Assembly (NCBI GenBank): GCA_039830015.1
Contig: CP140033.1
Span: 105,233 to 169,232, forward strand
Length of the DNA stretch: 64,000 nucleotides
Source: Buchnera aphidicola (Meitanaphis elongallis)
Lineage (GTDB): Bacteria > Pseudomonadota > Gammaproteobacteria > Enterobacterales > Enterobacteriaceae
Direction of reading: 5' to 3'
Both the position numbers and the translations under genes were made by a program. Of this stretch, positions 1-10,007 are shown piece by piece; position 1 is the first letter of the stretch, and every line of letters begins with the position of its first letter. A model generated the notes under the pieces. The model was not told the DNA's origin, made no database searches, and saw only the letters and a program-made list of their open reading frames with translations.

Positions 1-1
1 T

Positions 2-268
2 TTAAATCGTTGTTGGTTGGTAAGTCAATTACAACTATTGAACGAGTGTGTGGATTATATTTTTTCTAGTGTTGCTAATTATATTTTAGTTCGTTTTTAC
101 AATTCTAAAGAAGTATTTAATGCATTATTAGAACGAGGAATTATTGTTAGAGATCAAAATGATAAATTAAATTTAAAGAATTGTATAAGAATATCTGTAG
201 GAACAAGCAAAGAATGTTTAGAAATCGTTCATGTAATTCGAAAAATCAATCATTTCTTTGTTAATTAA
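2..268 (+). CDS. hisC: histidinol-phosphate aminotransferase, 3' fragment (gene begins upstream of window)
   Basis: The frame is open from the window edge. The tail NYILVRFYNSKEVFNALLERGIIVRDQN...CIRISVGT aligns with the E. coli HisC C-terminus (NYILARF...GIILRDQN...CLRITVGT). It is followed directly by hisBHAFI. Confidence 0.9.
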   Translation, partial: LNRCWLVSQLQLLNECVDYIFSSVANYILVRFYNSKEVFNALLERGIIVRDQNDKLNLKNCIRISVGTSKECLEIVHVIRKINHFFVN

Positions 269-277
269 GGAGATGAT

Positions 278-1345
278 ATGAGTACAAATGTTTTATTTAT
301 TGATCGTGATGGAACATTAATTTCAGAACCTACTGAAAATTTCCAAGTGGATAATATAAACAAATTAGTTTTTGAAAAAAATGTTATTTCAACTTTAATT
401 GCATTGAGAAATTTTGGTTATACTTTCGTTATGATAACTAATCAAGATGGATTAGGTTCTAAAAAGTTTCCGTTAGCTTCTTTTTCTGTGCCTCATCAGT
501 TCATGATAAGTGTTTTTTTTTCTCAGGGTATAGTATTTAAAGATATTTTGATTTGTCCACATGAAGAAAGTCATAATTGTAATTGTCGTAAACCCAAGGT
601 AGGAATGGTAAAACATTGGTTGCGAGGAGATAGGTTAAATAAAAATAACAGTTATGTTATTGGTGATCGTTATTCTGATATGGAATTAGCACGGAATATG
701 GGATTATCAGGATTACACTATGGTAAAAATGGATGTACATGGGATACTATAAAAAGTCAATTAACGAAAAGAAATAGATATGCATGTGTTGTACGAAATA
801 CGAAAGAAACAAGAGTTAGAATAGAAGTATGGTTAGATAAGGAAGGTAATAATTTAATTAATACTAAATTACATTTTTTTGATCATATGTTAGACCAGAT
901 AGCTGTTCATAGTAAGATTAGAATGAAGATAATTTCTGATGGTGATGTTAACATTGATGATCATCATACAATAGAAGACGTTGGAATTGTGTTAGGAGAA
1001 GCATTAAATCGAGCACTAGGGAGTAAAATAGGTTTAAATAGGTTTGGATTTGTTTTACCAATGGATGATAGTGTTGGATATTGTTTATTAGATATTTCCG
1101 GTCGTCCTTTTTTAAAATTTAAATCGTGTTTTAAATTTCAATATTTAGGGGATATAAGCACTGAAATGGTAGAACATTTTTTTAGGTCATTAGCTCTTTC
1201 TATGAAAGTTACTTTACATCTAAAAAGTATAGGAGAAAATGATCATCATTGTGTTGAAAGTTTATTTAAGGCGTTTGGAAGAGCTTTAAGACAAGCTATT
1301 TACGTTAGCGGAATGGTTTTACCTAGTTCAAAGGGATTATTATAA
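278..1345 (+). CDS. hisB: bifunctional histidinol-phosphatase / imidazoleglycerol-phosphate dehydratase
   Basis: 355 aa. It has an N-terminal HAD phosphatase motif (FIDRDGTLI) and C-terminal dehydratase motifs ([35 protein letters not shown]). A GGAG Shine-Dalgarno sits upstream, and the stop overlaps the hisH start as TAATG. Confidence 0.96.
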   Translation: MSTNVLFIDRDGTLISEPTENFQVDNINKLVFEKNVISTLIALRNFGYTFVMITNQDGLGSKKFPLASFSVPHQFMISVFFSQGIVFKDILICPHEESHNCNCRKPKVGMVKHWLRGDRLNKNNSYVIGDRYSDMELARNMGLSGLHYGKNGCTWDTIKSQLTKRNRYACVVRNTKETRVRIEVWLDKEGNNLINTKLHFFDHMLDQIAVHSKIRMKIISDGDVNIDDHHTIEDVGIVLGEALNRALGSKIGLNRFGFVLPMDDSVGYCLLDISGRPFLKFKSCFKFQYLGDISTEMVEHFFRSLALSMKVTLHLKSIGENDHHCVESLFKAFGRALRQAIYVSGMVLPSSKGLL

Positions 1346-1935
1346 TGCGCATTATTATTATAAATACCGGTTGTTCTAATTTATTTTCTATAAAATATGC
1401 TATTTGTAAACTGGGATATAGTCCGGAAATTAGTGTTTCTAAAGAGGATATATTAAGTTCAGATAAAATATTGTTGCCTGGTGTGGGAACAGCACATACA
1501 GTAATAAATAAGTTAAAACAACTAAATTTATTAGATCTTCTTAATACATGCAAGCAGCCATTATTAGGAATTTGTCTAGGAATGCAATTGTTTTCTTCTT
1601 TTAGTAGTGAATCAAAAGGTGTAAATATGTTAAATATTATTAATATACCTGTCCATCTTTTAGATTCTGGTTGTCTTCCTCTTCCTCATAATGGATGGAA
1701 TAATGTAGAAATATGTAAAGAGAATATATTATTTAAAAATATTGAAAATAATTCTAAGTTTTATTTTTTGCATAGTTATGCTTTTCATATTAACGAATAT
1801 ACTGTAGCGAAAACATTATATAATATTTATTTTAGCGCTGTTATACAGAAAAATAATTTTTTTGGAGTTCAATTTCATCCAGAAAAATCTGGAGAATTAG
1901 GTTTGAAATTATTGAAAAATTTTTTGGAGATATAA
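1345..1935 (+). CDS. hisH: imidazole glycerol phosphate synthase, glutamine amidotransferase subunit
   Basis: 196 aa with class-I amidotransferase signatures ([16 protein letters not shown]). Its position in the his operon fits. Confidence 0.95.
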   Translation: MRIIIINTGCSNLFSIKYAICKLGYSPEISVSKEDILSSDKILLPGVGTAHTVINKLKQLNLLDLLNTCKQPLLGICLGMQLFSSFSSESKGVNMLNIINIPVHLLDSGCLPLPHNGWNNVEICKENILFKNIENNSKFYFLHSYAFHINEYTVAKTLYNIYFSAVIQKNNFFGVQFHPEKSGELGLKLLKNFLEI

Positions 1936-1937
1936 TA

Positions 1938-2675
1938 TTGATTATACCATCTATAGATTTAATTAATGGAAAAATTGTAAGATTATATCAAGGAAAGAAA
2001 AATTTCCAAACTTTTTATGAAGATTGCATAGATGATGTTTTATCTGATTATCATTCGCACGGAGCTACTATTATACATTTGGTAGACCTTGATGGAGCGT
2101 TTGATCCTAAGAAAAAACAAACTCATATTATCAAAGCTTTATTGTCTGATTCTAACTTTAATTTACAAGTCGGAGGAGGAATAAGAGATTATGAAGATAT
2201 AGAATTGTTGCTTTCATTGGGTGTTAAAAGAATAGTAATTGGATCTTCAGCTATATACACTCCAAATAGAGTAATTGATTGGTTAAAGGAATATGGAAGC
2301 GATACTATTGTATTAGCTTTAGATCTAAGAATTACGTGTGGAAAACATAAAGAAGTTATGGTTGATGCTTGGAAGAATGTTTCTGGAATTAGTTTGGAAA
2401 AATTGATAAACAAGTTTTCTCCTTTAGGCTTAAAACATGTATTGTGCACTGATGTGTCTAAAGATGGAACATTGTTAGGTCCTAATGTAGATTTATATAA
2501 AGATCTTGTTACTTCTTACAATCATATTTGCTTTCAATCTTCTGGTGGAGTAGGATCTTTAAGTGATATAATGTCTATTAAGAAATCTGGAGTTAAAGAT
2601 GTGATTATAGGGCGGGCATTATTAGAAAAAAAATTTAGTTTAATAGAGGCTATTAAATGTTGGCAAAACGGATAA
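1938..2675 (+). CDS. hisA: ProFAR isomerase
   Basis: 245 aa beginning [16 protein letters not shown] (E. coli HisA begins MIIPALDLIDGTVVRL). The start appears to be TTG at 1938, 2 nt after the hisH stop. Confidence 0.95.
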   Translation: MIIPSIDLINGKIVRLYQGKKNFQTFYEDCIDDVLSDYHSHGATIIHLVDLDGAFDPKKKQTHIIKALLSDSNFNLQVGGGIRDYEDIELLLSLGVKRIVIGSSAIYTPNRVIDWLKEYGSDTIVLALDLRITCGKHKEVMVDAWKNVSGISLEKLINKFSPLGLKHVLCTDVSKDGTLLGPNVDLYKDLVTSYNHICFQSSGGVGSLSDIMSIKKSGVKDVIIGRALLEKKFSLIEAIKCWQNG

Positions 2676-3433
2676 TTCCATGTTTGGACGTTAGATCTGG
2701 ATTAGTAGTAAAAGGAGTTCAATTTAAAAATCATAAGATAGTTGGAGATATAATTCCATTAGCACAATATTATACTGATCAAGGAGCAGACGAATTAGTT
2801 TTTTATGATATTAATGCCTCTTTTACTAATACATTATTGGATAAAAAATGGATCACAAAGATAGCAGAAGTAATAAATATTCCGTTTTGCGTAGCAGGGG
2901 GAATTAAAAATATAAATGATGTGAAGAACATTTTATCGTTTGGTGCAGATAAAATTTCTATTAATTCTCCAGCGTTGTCAGATCCGGATTTAATTAGTCG
3001 TATTGCTGACAATTATGGTACACAATGTGTAGTTGTAGGAATAGATTCGTGGTTTGATAAAACAGATAGTAGTTATCAAGTGTATCAATATACTGGAAAC
3101 GAAAAAACAACGGTAAAAACGAAATGGCATACTTTAGAATGGATAAAAAAAGTACAAGATTTAGGGGCTGGAGAAATAGTATTAAATGTCATGAATGAAG
3201 ATGGTATGTGCAATGGATATGATCTTAAGCAATTAAAACAAGTACGGGATATATGTCATGTTCCATTAGTTGCTTCTGGCGGTGCAGGAGAATTACAACA
3301 CTTTTATGATGTTTTTGAAAAAGCTGAAGTAGATGGTGCATTAGCAGCTTCTGTATTTCATGAGAATAAAATAAGTATAAAAATTCTTAAAAGCTTTTTA
3401 ATTGAAAAAGGTTTGGAAATTAGAAAATGTTAG
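2657..3433 (+). CDS. hisF: imidazole glycerol phosphate synthase, cyclase subunit
   Basis: 258 aa with the canonical HisF N-terminus [12 protein letters not shown]. It overlaps hisA by 19 nt. Confidence 0.96.
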   Translation: MLAKRIIPCLDVRSGLVVKGVQFKNHKIVGDIIPLAQYYTDQGADELVFYDINASFTNTLLDKKWITKIAEVINIPFCVAGGIKNINDVKNILSFGADKISINSPALSDPDLISRIADNYGTQCVVVGIDSWFDKTDSSYQVYQYTGNEKTTVKTKWHTLEWIKKVQDLGAGEIVLNVMNEDGMCNGYDLKQLKQVRDICHVPLVASGGAGELQHFYDVFEKAEVDGALAASVFHENKISIKILKSFLIEKGLEIRKC

Positions 3434-4056
3434 AAAAAATAAATGTTCATGATATAAATTGGAAAAAAGTTGATAATATGGTTCCTGTTATTATTCAACA
3501 CAACGTATCTGGTGAAGTTTTAATGCATGGAATGATGAATCAAGAAGCATTTTTAGTCACTCAAAAAAAAAATTATGTTACTTTTTATTCACGTACAAAA
3601 CAAAGATTATGGACTAAAGGAGAGACGTCTGGAAACTATTTAAAAGTAGTAAGTGTAACTCTTGATTGTGATAAAGATGTATTATTGTTTTTAGTAATTC
3701 CTAAGGGTAATACGTGTCATTTAGATAACATAAGTTGTTTCAAGTCAGTGTATTCGGATTCAACTTTTTTTTATTATTTAGAAAATTTTTTAAAATCTAG
3801 AAAAGTACATTTTTCTAAAAATTCTTATACTTCTCGTTTACATAGTACAGGAATTAATAGAATATCTCAAAAAGTAGCTGAAGAAGCTATAGAGACAGCT
3901 ATTGCAGCTGTAACTAAAAATAAAAATGAATTTGTTAATGAAGCTACTGATTTGGTTTATCATTTGTTAGTATTATTACATCATTACGATTTAGATTTTA
4001 ATACAGTGGTCGTTAATTTAAAAAAAAGACGAAATTTGCAGTTTAATAAACCATAA
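3427..4056 (+). CDS. hisI: bifunctional phosphoribosyl-AMP cyclohydrolase / phosphoribosyl-ATP pyrophosphatase
   Basis: 209 aa. [20 protein letters not shown] and [10 protein letters not shown] match the two halves of E. coli HisIE. It overlaps hisF by 7 nt. Confidence 0.95.
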   Translation: MLEKINVHDINWKKVDNMVPVIIQHNVSGEVLMHGMMNQEAFLVTQKKNYVTFYSRTKQRLWTKGETSGNYLKVVSVTLDCDKDVLLFLVIPKGNTCHLDNISCFKSVYSDSTFFYYLENFLKSRKVHFSKNSYTSRLHSTGINRISQKVAEEAIETAIAAVTKNKNEFVNEATDLVYHLLVLLHHYDLDFNTVVVNLKKRRNLQFNKP

Positions 4057-4148
4057 TTAGTGAATTTGCTATGAGTTTCAATATTTTTATATTGCAATGT
4101 ATGTTTTTGTAACATATATATTAAACTTTGAAGAAAATAGGAAGTACG

Positions 4149-5561
4149 ATGAAAAAAAATCAAGTTGGTGTTGTAGGAATGGCAGTAATGGGTCGTAATT
4201 TAGCTTTAAATATAGCGCGTAATGAGTATTCTGTGTCAGTATTTAATCGATCATCTGAAGTTACTAATAAATTTTTTGCAGACAACGTTAACAAAAATAT
4301 ATTTCCTTATTTTTCGATTAAAGAGTTTGTTCTCTCTTTAAAAATTCCTAGATGTATTTTTTTAATGATTAGATCTGGAACAGCTATTGATACAATAATT
4401 ACATCAATAAAAAGATATTTAGATAAAGGAGATATTATTATTGATGGAGGTAACACTTTTTATAAAGATACTATGCGCCGAAATAATGAGTTATTCAAGG
4501 ATGGATTTAATTTGATAGGAGCGGGTATTTCAGGAGGAGAAGAAGGTGCATTGTATGGTCCTGCTATTATGCCTGGAGGTCAAAGAGAGGTTTATGATTT
4601 TATTGCTCCTATATTAAATAAAATTTCTGCTCAATTTGAAGGAAATCCATGTGTGAGTTATATTGGAACGGATGGTTCAGGACATTATGTAAAGATGGTT
4701 CATAATGGGATTGAATATAGTGATATGCAGCTAATAGCAGAATCTTATTTTTTAATGAAGAATTTATTACAAATGGATAATAAGGAATTGTCTGATGTAT
4801 TTTTTGAATGGAATCAAGGTGAATTAAATAGTTATTTAATGTCTATTACTGGAGATATTTTGATTAAAAAGGATGAAAATAATAATTATATTTTAGATTA
4901 TGTTTTAGATGAGGCTAGTAATAAAGGAACAGGAACATGGACTACTAAAAGTGCATTAGATCTTAATGAACCTTTGTCCTTAATAACTGAATCAGTGTTT
5001 TTTCGTTATTTATCTTCATTAAAGTCACAACGTGTGTTGGCATCAAAAGTGTTGTTTGGACCGAAGCGTTGTAGTAATGTGTCATTTAATAAATTTGATT
5101 TAACTGAAAAAATACGACAAGCGCTGTATTTAGGAAAAGTTATATCTTATGCTCAAGGATTTTCGCAATTAAATAGTGCTTCTAAGAAGTATAATTGGAA
5201 TTTACAATGTTCGGAAATAGCCAGAATATTTCAATCTGGATGTATTATTCGTGCGAAATTTTTGAAGTATATTAGTCAAGAATATTTAACGAATAAATAT
5301 GTTTCAAACTTATTGTTAACTTCTTATTTCAAAAACATTGCTAATGAGTATCAAAGTTCCTTGCGATATGTTGTATCTGCTGCTATTAAATGTGGGCTTC
5401 CTGTACCTGCATTATCTTCGGCAATCGCATATTTTGATTGTTATCGATCTTCTTTTCTTCCTGCAAATTTGATTCAGGCACAAAGAGATTATTTTGGAGC
5501 ACATATGTATAAAAGAATTAATGATTCTGGTTTGTTTCATACTAATTGGAAAAAAAATTAA
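4149..5561 (+). CDS. gnd: 6-phosphogluconate dehydrogenase (decarboxylating)
   Basis: I placed the start at ATG 4149, giving [22 protein letters not shown] (E. coli Gnd begins [22 protein letters not shown]). The ORF-track start at 4128 is an upstream TTG extension. Confidence 0.95.
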   Translation: MKKNQVGVVGMAVMGRNLALNIARNEYSVSVFNRSSEVTNKFFADNVNKNIFPYFSIKEFVLSLKIPRCIFLMIRSGTAIDTIITSIKRYLDKGDIIIDGGNTFYKDTMRRNNELFKDGFNLIGAGISGGEEGALYGPAIMPGGQREVYDFIAPILNKISAQFEGNPCVSYIGTDGSGHYVKMVHNGIEYSDMQLIAESYFLMKNLLQMDNKELSDVFFEWNQGELNSYLMSITGDILIKKDENNNYILDYVLDEASNKGTGTWTTKSALDLNEPLSLITESVFFRYLSSLKSQRVLASKVLFGPKRCSNVSFNKFDLTEKIRQALYLGKVISYAQGFSQLNSASKKYNWNLQCSEIARIFQSGCIIRAKFLKYISQEYLTNKYVSNLLLTSYFKNIANEYQSSLRYVVSAAIKCGLPVPALSSAIAYFDCYRSSFLPANLIQAQRDYFGAHMYKRINDSGLFHTNWKKN

Positions 5562-5939
5562 TTTTTTTATAAAGAATAAGACAGGATAACAATCTTAACG
5601 TTTTATATTTAATTATAACGAATAGTACATATTTTAAGTATGTCTTAAGTTTATTTTTTATTTTTAAAGTTTTATTGTTTTTCTATAAATAATTTTTAGA
5701 TTGCATTTTTGATTTATTTTGTAAAAATATTTTACTGAGATGTTAATAAATTTTAGTTCTTATTAATATAGAAAATACACGTCGTATATTCTACAATATA
5801 AAGATTTACATAAAATAGTGATTTCATATAGAACTAAACAAAATTACTTTAATATTTTTATATTATTCTTATGTAATATTGTTGAGTGTTTTATGATTAT
5901 TGCTATTATATAATGAAACAATATTATAGGTTGGCGTTA

Positions 5940-6521
5940 ATGAGATTGAGCGATAGAGATATTGAATTATGGTTGCGAAGAAAAAAATTGATTGTTATAC
6001 CTACCCCATGTAAAAAGTTAATTCATGGAGTAACTATTGATATTTGTTTGGGTAATGAATTTTATACTTTTTGTGATAATCAAAATAAATGTATTGATTT
6101 AAGTAAATCGAAAAGCGAAATATCACTAATGTTACGAGAGATTATGCATGAAAAAAAATTTGTGTCTCATGGTGAAAAGTTTTTTTTAAATCCTGGGTCA
6201 TTAGTGTTAGCAGTCACTTTTGAAAAAGTGATTCTACCAAATAATTTAGTAGGTTGGATAGATGGTCGTTCTTCTTTAGCACGACTTGGATTAATGATTC
6301 ATGCTACTTCACATCGTATAGATCCAGGCTGGAGTGGTAACATTGTTTTAGAGTGTTTTAATTCTAGCAATATCGTATTATCATTATGTCCGGGAATGTT
6401 AATAGCTGCTTTAAGTTTTGAAACATTATCTAGTCCATCTTTAAGACCATATAATATTAGAAAAAATGCTAAATATTTTGATCAAAATGGAGTGATATTG
6501 AGTAAAATATATAAAGATTAA
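5940..6521 (+). CDS. dcd: dCTP deaminase
   Basis: I placed the start at ATG 5940, giving MRLSDRDIELW (E. coli Dcd begins MRLCDRDIEAW) and a 193-aa product as in E. coli. GWIDGRSSLARLGLMIHATSHRIDPGWSG is conserved. Confidence 0.95.
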   Translation: MRLSDRDIELWLRRKKLIVIPTPCKKLIHGVTIDICLGNEFYTFCDNQNKCIDLSKSKSEISLMLREIMHEKKFVSHGEKFFLNPGSLVLAVTFEKVILPNNLVGWIDGRSSLARLGLMIHATSHRIDPGWSGNIVLECFNSSNIVLSLCPGMLIAALSFETLSSPSLRPYNIRKNAKYFDQNGVILSKIYKD

Positions 6522-6744
6522 GTAAATTTTTTAATATTACGAGCATTTTCTTTATATTTAGAGATATTTCATTATTGTGTATTAGAAAAGTAAAGCGCAT
6601 ATATGAAAACAAAATGGGTTATTATGATAATTATTTTATGTATGTATTATTATGTATGATATTTTAAATGTGTTATTTCACGTGTATCACATAAGGTGAT
6701 ATTTATTTCAATGTTGAGTTTAAATTGAAAGTTAACATTTTACT

Positions 6745-8370
6745 ATGAACAAAAAAATTTTAGTTACTTGTGCTTTTCCATATGCTAATGGCCCAATTCA
6801 TATTGGACATATTTTAGAACATATTCAAGCTGATATTTGGGTTAGATATAATAAAATGAGGGGTAATAAAGTATGGTTTATTTGTGCAGATGATGCTCAT
6901 GGTACTCCGATTATGTTGAAATCTAAACAATTGGGGATTAATCCTGAGCAGTTAATAATTTCTATGCGAAATGAGCATATTAGAGATCTTTTAAGATTTA
7001 ATATAAATTATGATAATTATTATTCTACACATAGTACGGAGAATCTATTTTTTTTAAAAAAAATATATTATCGTTTAAAAATTAAAGGGTTAATTAAAAA
7101 AAAAATTATATCTCAATTTTTTGATTATCGATACAACATGTTTTTACCAGATCGATTTGTAAAAGGTTCATGTCCTATTTGTTCAGCACATAATCAATAT
7201 GGTGATCATTGTGAACAGTGTGGAAGGGCATATTCTGCTGTTGAATTAATTAATCCAAGGTCCGTTTTATCTGGAGTCGAGCCTGTATTAAAAGATTCAT
7301 TACACTTATTTTTTGATTTGCCTTATTTTAGTTCTATGTTAAGATCTTGGATTACTTCTGGAGTATTAGAACAGTCTGTAGTTAACAAGATTATGGAATG
7401 GTTTAAAACAGGTTTGAAAGACTGGGATATTTCAAGAGATGGGCCTTATTTTGGATTTAATATACCTGGTTTTTCAGATAAATATTTTTATGTTTGGTTG
7501 GATGCTCCTATTGGATATATTAGTACTTTTCAAAACTTATGCAATAAAACAAAAAATTTAATTTTTGATGAATTTTGGAAGATAGGAACAAATAGTGAAT
7601 TATATCATTTTATTGGAAAAGATATTATATATTTTCATAGTTTGTTTTGGCCAGCGATATTAGAAGGAAGTAATTTTAGAAAACCTACTAAAATTTTTGT
7701 TCATGGTCATGTAACTATTAATGGATGTAAACTTTCTAAATCTAGAGGATCTTCTATATCAGTAGATGATTGGCTCAAGAATTTAGATTCAGATAGCTTA
7801 AGGTACTATTACGCTACTAAAATTTCGTCTAATGTTAAAGATATTGAAATAAATAGAGATAGTTTTGTAAACACATTCAATTCTGATATTGTTAATAAGG
7901 TTATTAATTTAGCATCAAGAATTTCTTATTTTTTATCTGATCAATTTAATTGTCGTTTATCAAAAAGAATTGATGATCAATCTTTATATAACTTATTTGT
8001 TAGTAGTACTCAAAAGATAGAATTATTGTTAGAACAGAGTGAATTTAGTGCGGCTATTATTGTTATTATGGAATGTGCAGATATGGCTAATAAGTATATT
8101 GATAAAAAAAAACCATGGACAATGGTCAAAGATTGTTACAAACGTAGTAATCTTCATAATGTATGTACAATGGGAATAAATTGTTTTAGAATATTAATGA
8201 CTTGGCTGAAACCTATTATGCCTGATTTAGCCAAAAAAGTTGAGTTGTTTTTAAATATGAAATTAGTTTGGAATGAAATTTATATCCCTCTTTTAAATCA
8301 TGAAATTTCTGTTTTCAAACCATTAAATAAAAGAATTAAAAAGTCACAATTAAATTTTTTATTTATTTAA
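6745..8370 (+). CDS. metG: methionyl-tRNA synthetase, short form lacking the C-terminal appended domain
   Basis: 541 aa with the class-I HIGH motif (PIHIGHILE), the KMSKS variant KLSKSRG and the zinc-knuckle cysteines CPICSA...CEQCG. It ends about 135 aa short of the 677-aa E. coli enzyme. Confidence 0.95.
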   Translation: MNKKILVTCAFPYANGPIHIGHILEHIQADIWVRYNKMRGNKVWFICADDAHGTPIMLKSKQLGINPEQLIISMRNEHIRDLLRFNINYDNYYSTHSTENLFFLKKIYYRLKIKGLIKKKIISQFFDYRYNMFLPDRFVKGSCPICSAHNQYGDHCEQCGRAYSAVELINPRSVLSGVEPVLKDSLHLFFDLPYFSSMLRSWITSGVLEQSVVNKIMEWFKTGLKDWDISRDGPYFGFNIPGFSDKYFYVWLDAPIGYISTFQNLCNKTKNLIFDEFWKIGTNSELYHFIGKDIIYFHSLFWPAILEGSNFRKPTKIFVHGHVTINGCKLSKSRGSSISVDDWLKNLDSDSLRYYYATKISSNVKDIEINRDSFVNTFNSDIVNKVINLASRISYFLSDQFNCRLSKRIDDQSLYNLFVSSTQKIELLLEQSEFSAAIIVIMECADMANKYIDKKKPWTMVKDCYKRSNLHNVCTMGINCFRILMTWLKPIMPDLAKKVELFLNMKLVWNEIYIPLLNHEISVFKPLNKRIKKSQLNFLFI

Positions 8371-8493
8371 TAAATGATATTAAATGGATGATATAGTTTA
8401 CGTAAAATTTGTGTTGTTTGTATAAATTTCACAATATTTTTTACGCAAAGATAGTAATAATTATGTGTTGTGTGTAATACGATTGATGTTACT

Positions 8494-9789
8494 TCATCCG
8501 ATCCATGATAATTTCCATTTTCGTTTATTTTTGATACAATTATTTTCAGGAATAGCAAATACGCCTAGTGCGCTAATTAATTTATGGTTATAAAACAACA
8601 AAGGAATGTTATTTCTATTCCAAGGAGGAATTCCATGGTCCTTCCATATTTGTTTGATTGGTTTTCTTTTTGTGTTTCCTTGAATTAAAATTTTTCCTGA
8701 AGCTTGAAAACGAATGTTTATTAATTCATTATCTTGAGGATAAGGTAATTGAGTTCCATATTCGCTTTGGATAATATATCCTAAATTATTAGGTAGCTGT
8801 AAGCTTTTTGAAGTTCGGTGCCACATAATAATCAAACTTTTTATACAAGGTAATATATTTGTTAAATATAAATTATTTCTGTATCGTTTTATTTCATAGT
8901 CATTAATTTTTATTAGTGCTTTAGAATCGGATTTAGATAGGATTATTTCGTAATATATATTTTTTATGATTTTATATGAAGGTATAACACGATTGTTAAG
9001 TTTAATCCATGTTCTGAGTAAAGAATTTCGGATTTCTGGTTTTATGTTCTTAAAGTTTCTAATGTCTAAAATAGAATTAGATATAAGGTATTTTTTAAGT
9101 GTTTTTTTTAAAACAGGATCGAGTATTTTTTTTTCTTGTTGTAAAATAAACGCGCTGTGTGCGCATTTTTTTATAAAACTTGGCCATCTTGCTGTGAATA
9201 ATGGTAGTATTTTATTTCTTATAAAATTTCTTTCATAAGTTATATTGTAATTACTATCATCTTTAATCCAGTTAATATTATTTTTTTCCATCCAAGATTG
9301 TATTTCAGATCTAGTAATGTTTAATAATGGTCTAATAAGTGTGTTTTGGTTGAATAATTTACTATTACATAACATTCCACTTAATCCTGTAATTCCACTA
9401 CCTCTCTTTAAAGCTAATAAAATAGTTTCACATTGATCATTTAAATTATGTGCTACTAAAATTGTTTCTTTTGGTAATGCTTCATTATGTAATATTCTAT
9501 AACGTATTAATCTAGCAGCTGCTTCTATCCCTATTTTTTTCTTATCTATTAGAGCTGTTTTTATAACTAAAGAAATATTGTATTTTTTGCACACTTTTTT
9601 ACAGTGTTCACTCCATATGTTTGCGTTTTTGTTTATTTGATGATTTATATGAATAGCTCGAAATTTTAATTCAGGTTTAATTTTTTTAATTTTTAATAAT
9701 TGATGCAATAAAAAAGTAGAATCTAAACCTCCGCTATATGCTAGTAAAAAAGAAGAACTTGGTGATTTTTCTATATATTTTATAATCAT
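8494..9789 (-). CDS. tilS: tRNA(Ile)-lysidine synthase
   Basis: 431 aa with the PP-loop motif AYSGGLDST near the N-terminus. Its size equals E. coli TilS (MesJ). Confidence 0.9.
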   Translation of the reverse strand: MIIKYIEKSPSSSFLLAYSGGLDSTFLLHQLLKIKKIKPELKFRAIHINHQINKNANIWSEHCKKVCKKYNISLVIKTALIDKKKIGIEAAARLIRYRILHNEALPKETILVAHNLNDQCETILLALKRGSGITGLSGMLCNSKLFNQNTLIRPLLNITRSEIQSWMEKNNINWIKDDSNYNITYERNFIRNKILPLFTARWPSFIKKCAHSAFILQQEKKILDPVLKKTLKKYLISNSILDIRNFKNIKPEIRNSLLRTWIKLNNRVIPSYKIIKNIYYEIILSKSDSKALIKINDYEIKRYRNNLYLTNILPCIKSLIIMWHRTSKSLQLPNNLGYIIQSEYGTQLPYPQDNELINIRFQASGKILIQGNTKRKPIKQIWKDHGIPPWNRNNIPLLFYNHKLISALGVFAIPENNCIKNKRKWKLSWIG

Positions 9790-9850
9790 ATGCGAAAATA
9801 GTATTGTAACGATAGTAATGGATAAGTGAAAATTATATTTAAATCTTTAG

Positions 9851-9924
9851 TGTGTCCGAGTGGAATTGAACCACTGACCTCTACCTTGTCATGGTAGTAC
9901 TCTAACCAACTGAGCTACGGACAC
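9851..9924 (-). tRNA. tRNA-Val (anticodon GAC); 3' CCA not encoded
   Basis: The reverse complement folds by hand into a cloverleaf: GTGTCCG TA GCTC AGTTGGTTA GAGT A CTACC ATGACAA GGTAG AGGTC AGTGG TTCAATT CCACT CGGACAC A. It is close to E. coli valV. The discriminator A is followed by CTA, not CCA. Confidence 0.93.
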
Positions 9925-10007
9925 AATAAAATACAACATGTATATAGTATTATATACAACTTTTTTATTTGCAATAAAATAATTACTAAATAGCATATTT
10001 TTATGTT

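Noticed and set aside
1343-3433. Gene overlaps in the his operon (TAATG at hisB/hisH, 19 nt at hisA/hisF, 7 nt at hisF/hisI), considered as something unusual.
   Set aside because: This is ordinary translational coupling, also seen in the E. coli his operon.
4128-4148. N-terminal extensions in the ORF track for gnd (4128), dcd (5886), aroH (22390), rpmI (26215), nfo (37466), carA (46931), ispH (48781), dnaJ (54929), nuoE (60085), sufA (20363) and nth (17616).
   Set aside because: In each case the conserved protein N-terminus begins at a downstream ATG (TTG for nth). That start reproduces the E. coli protein length. The extra residues have no homology and run into spacers, hairpins or the preceding gene.
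8367-8558. A 63-aa minus-strand ORF spanning the metG/tilS junction, and a 60-aa ORF at 19738..19920 spanning the tyrS end.
   Set aside because: Both overlap the 3' ends of well-supported genes. They show no homology and no ribosome-binding site.
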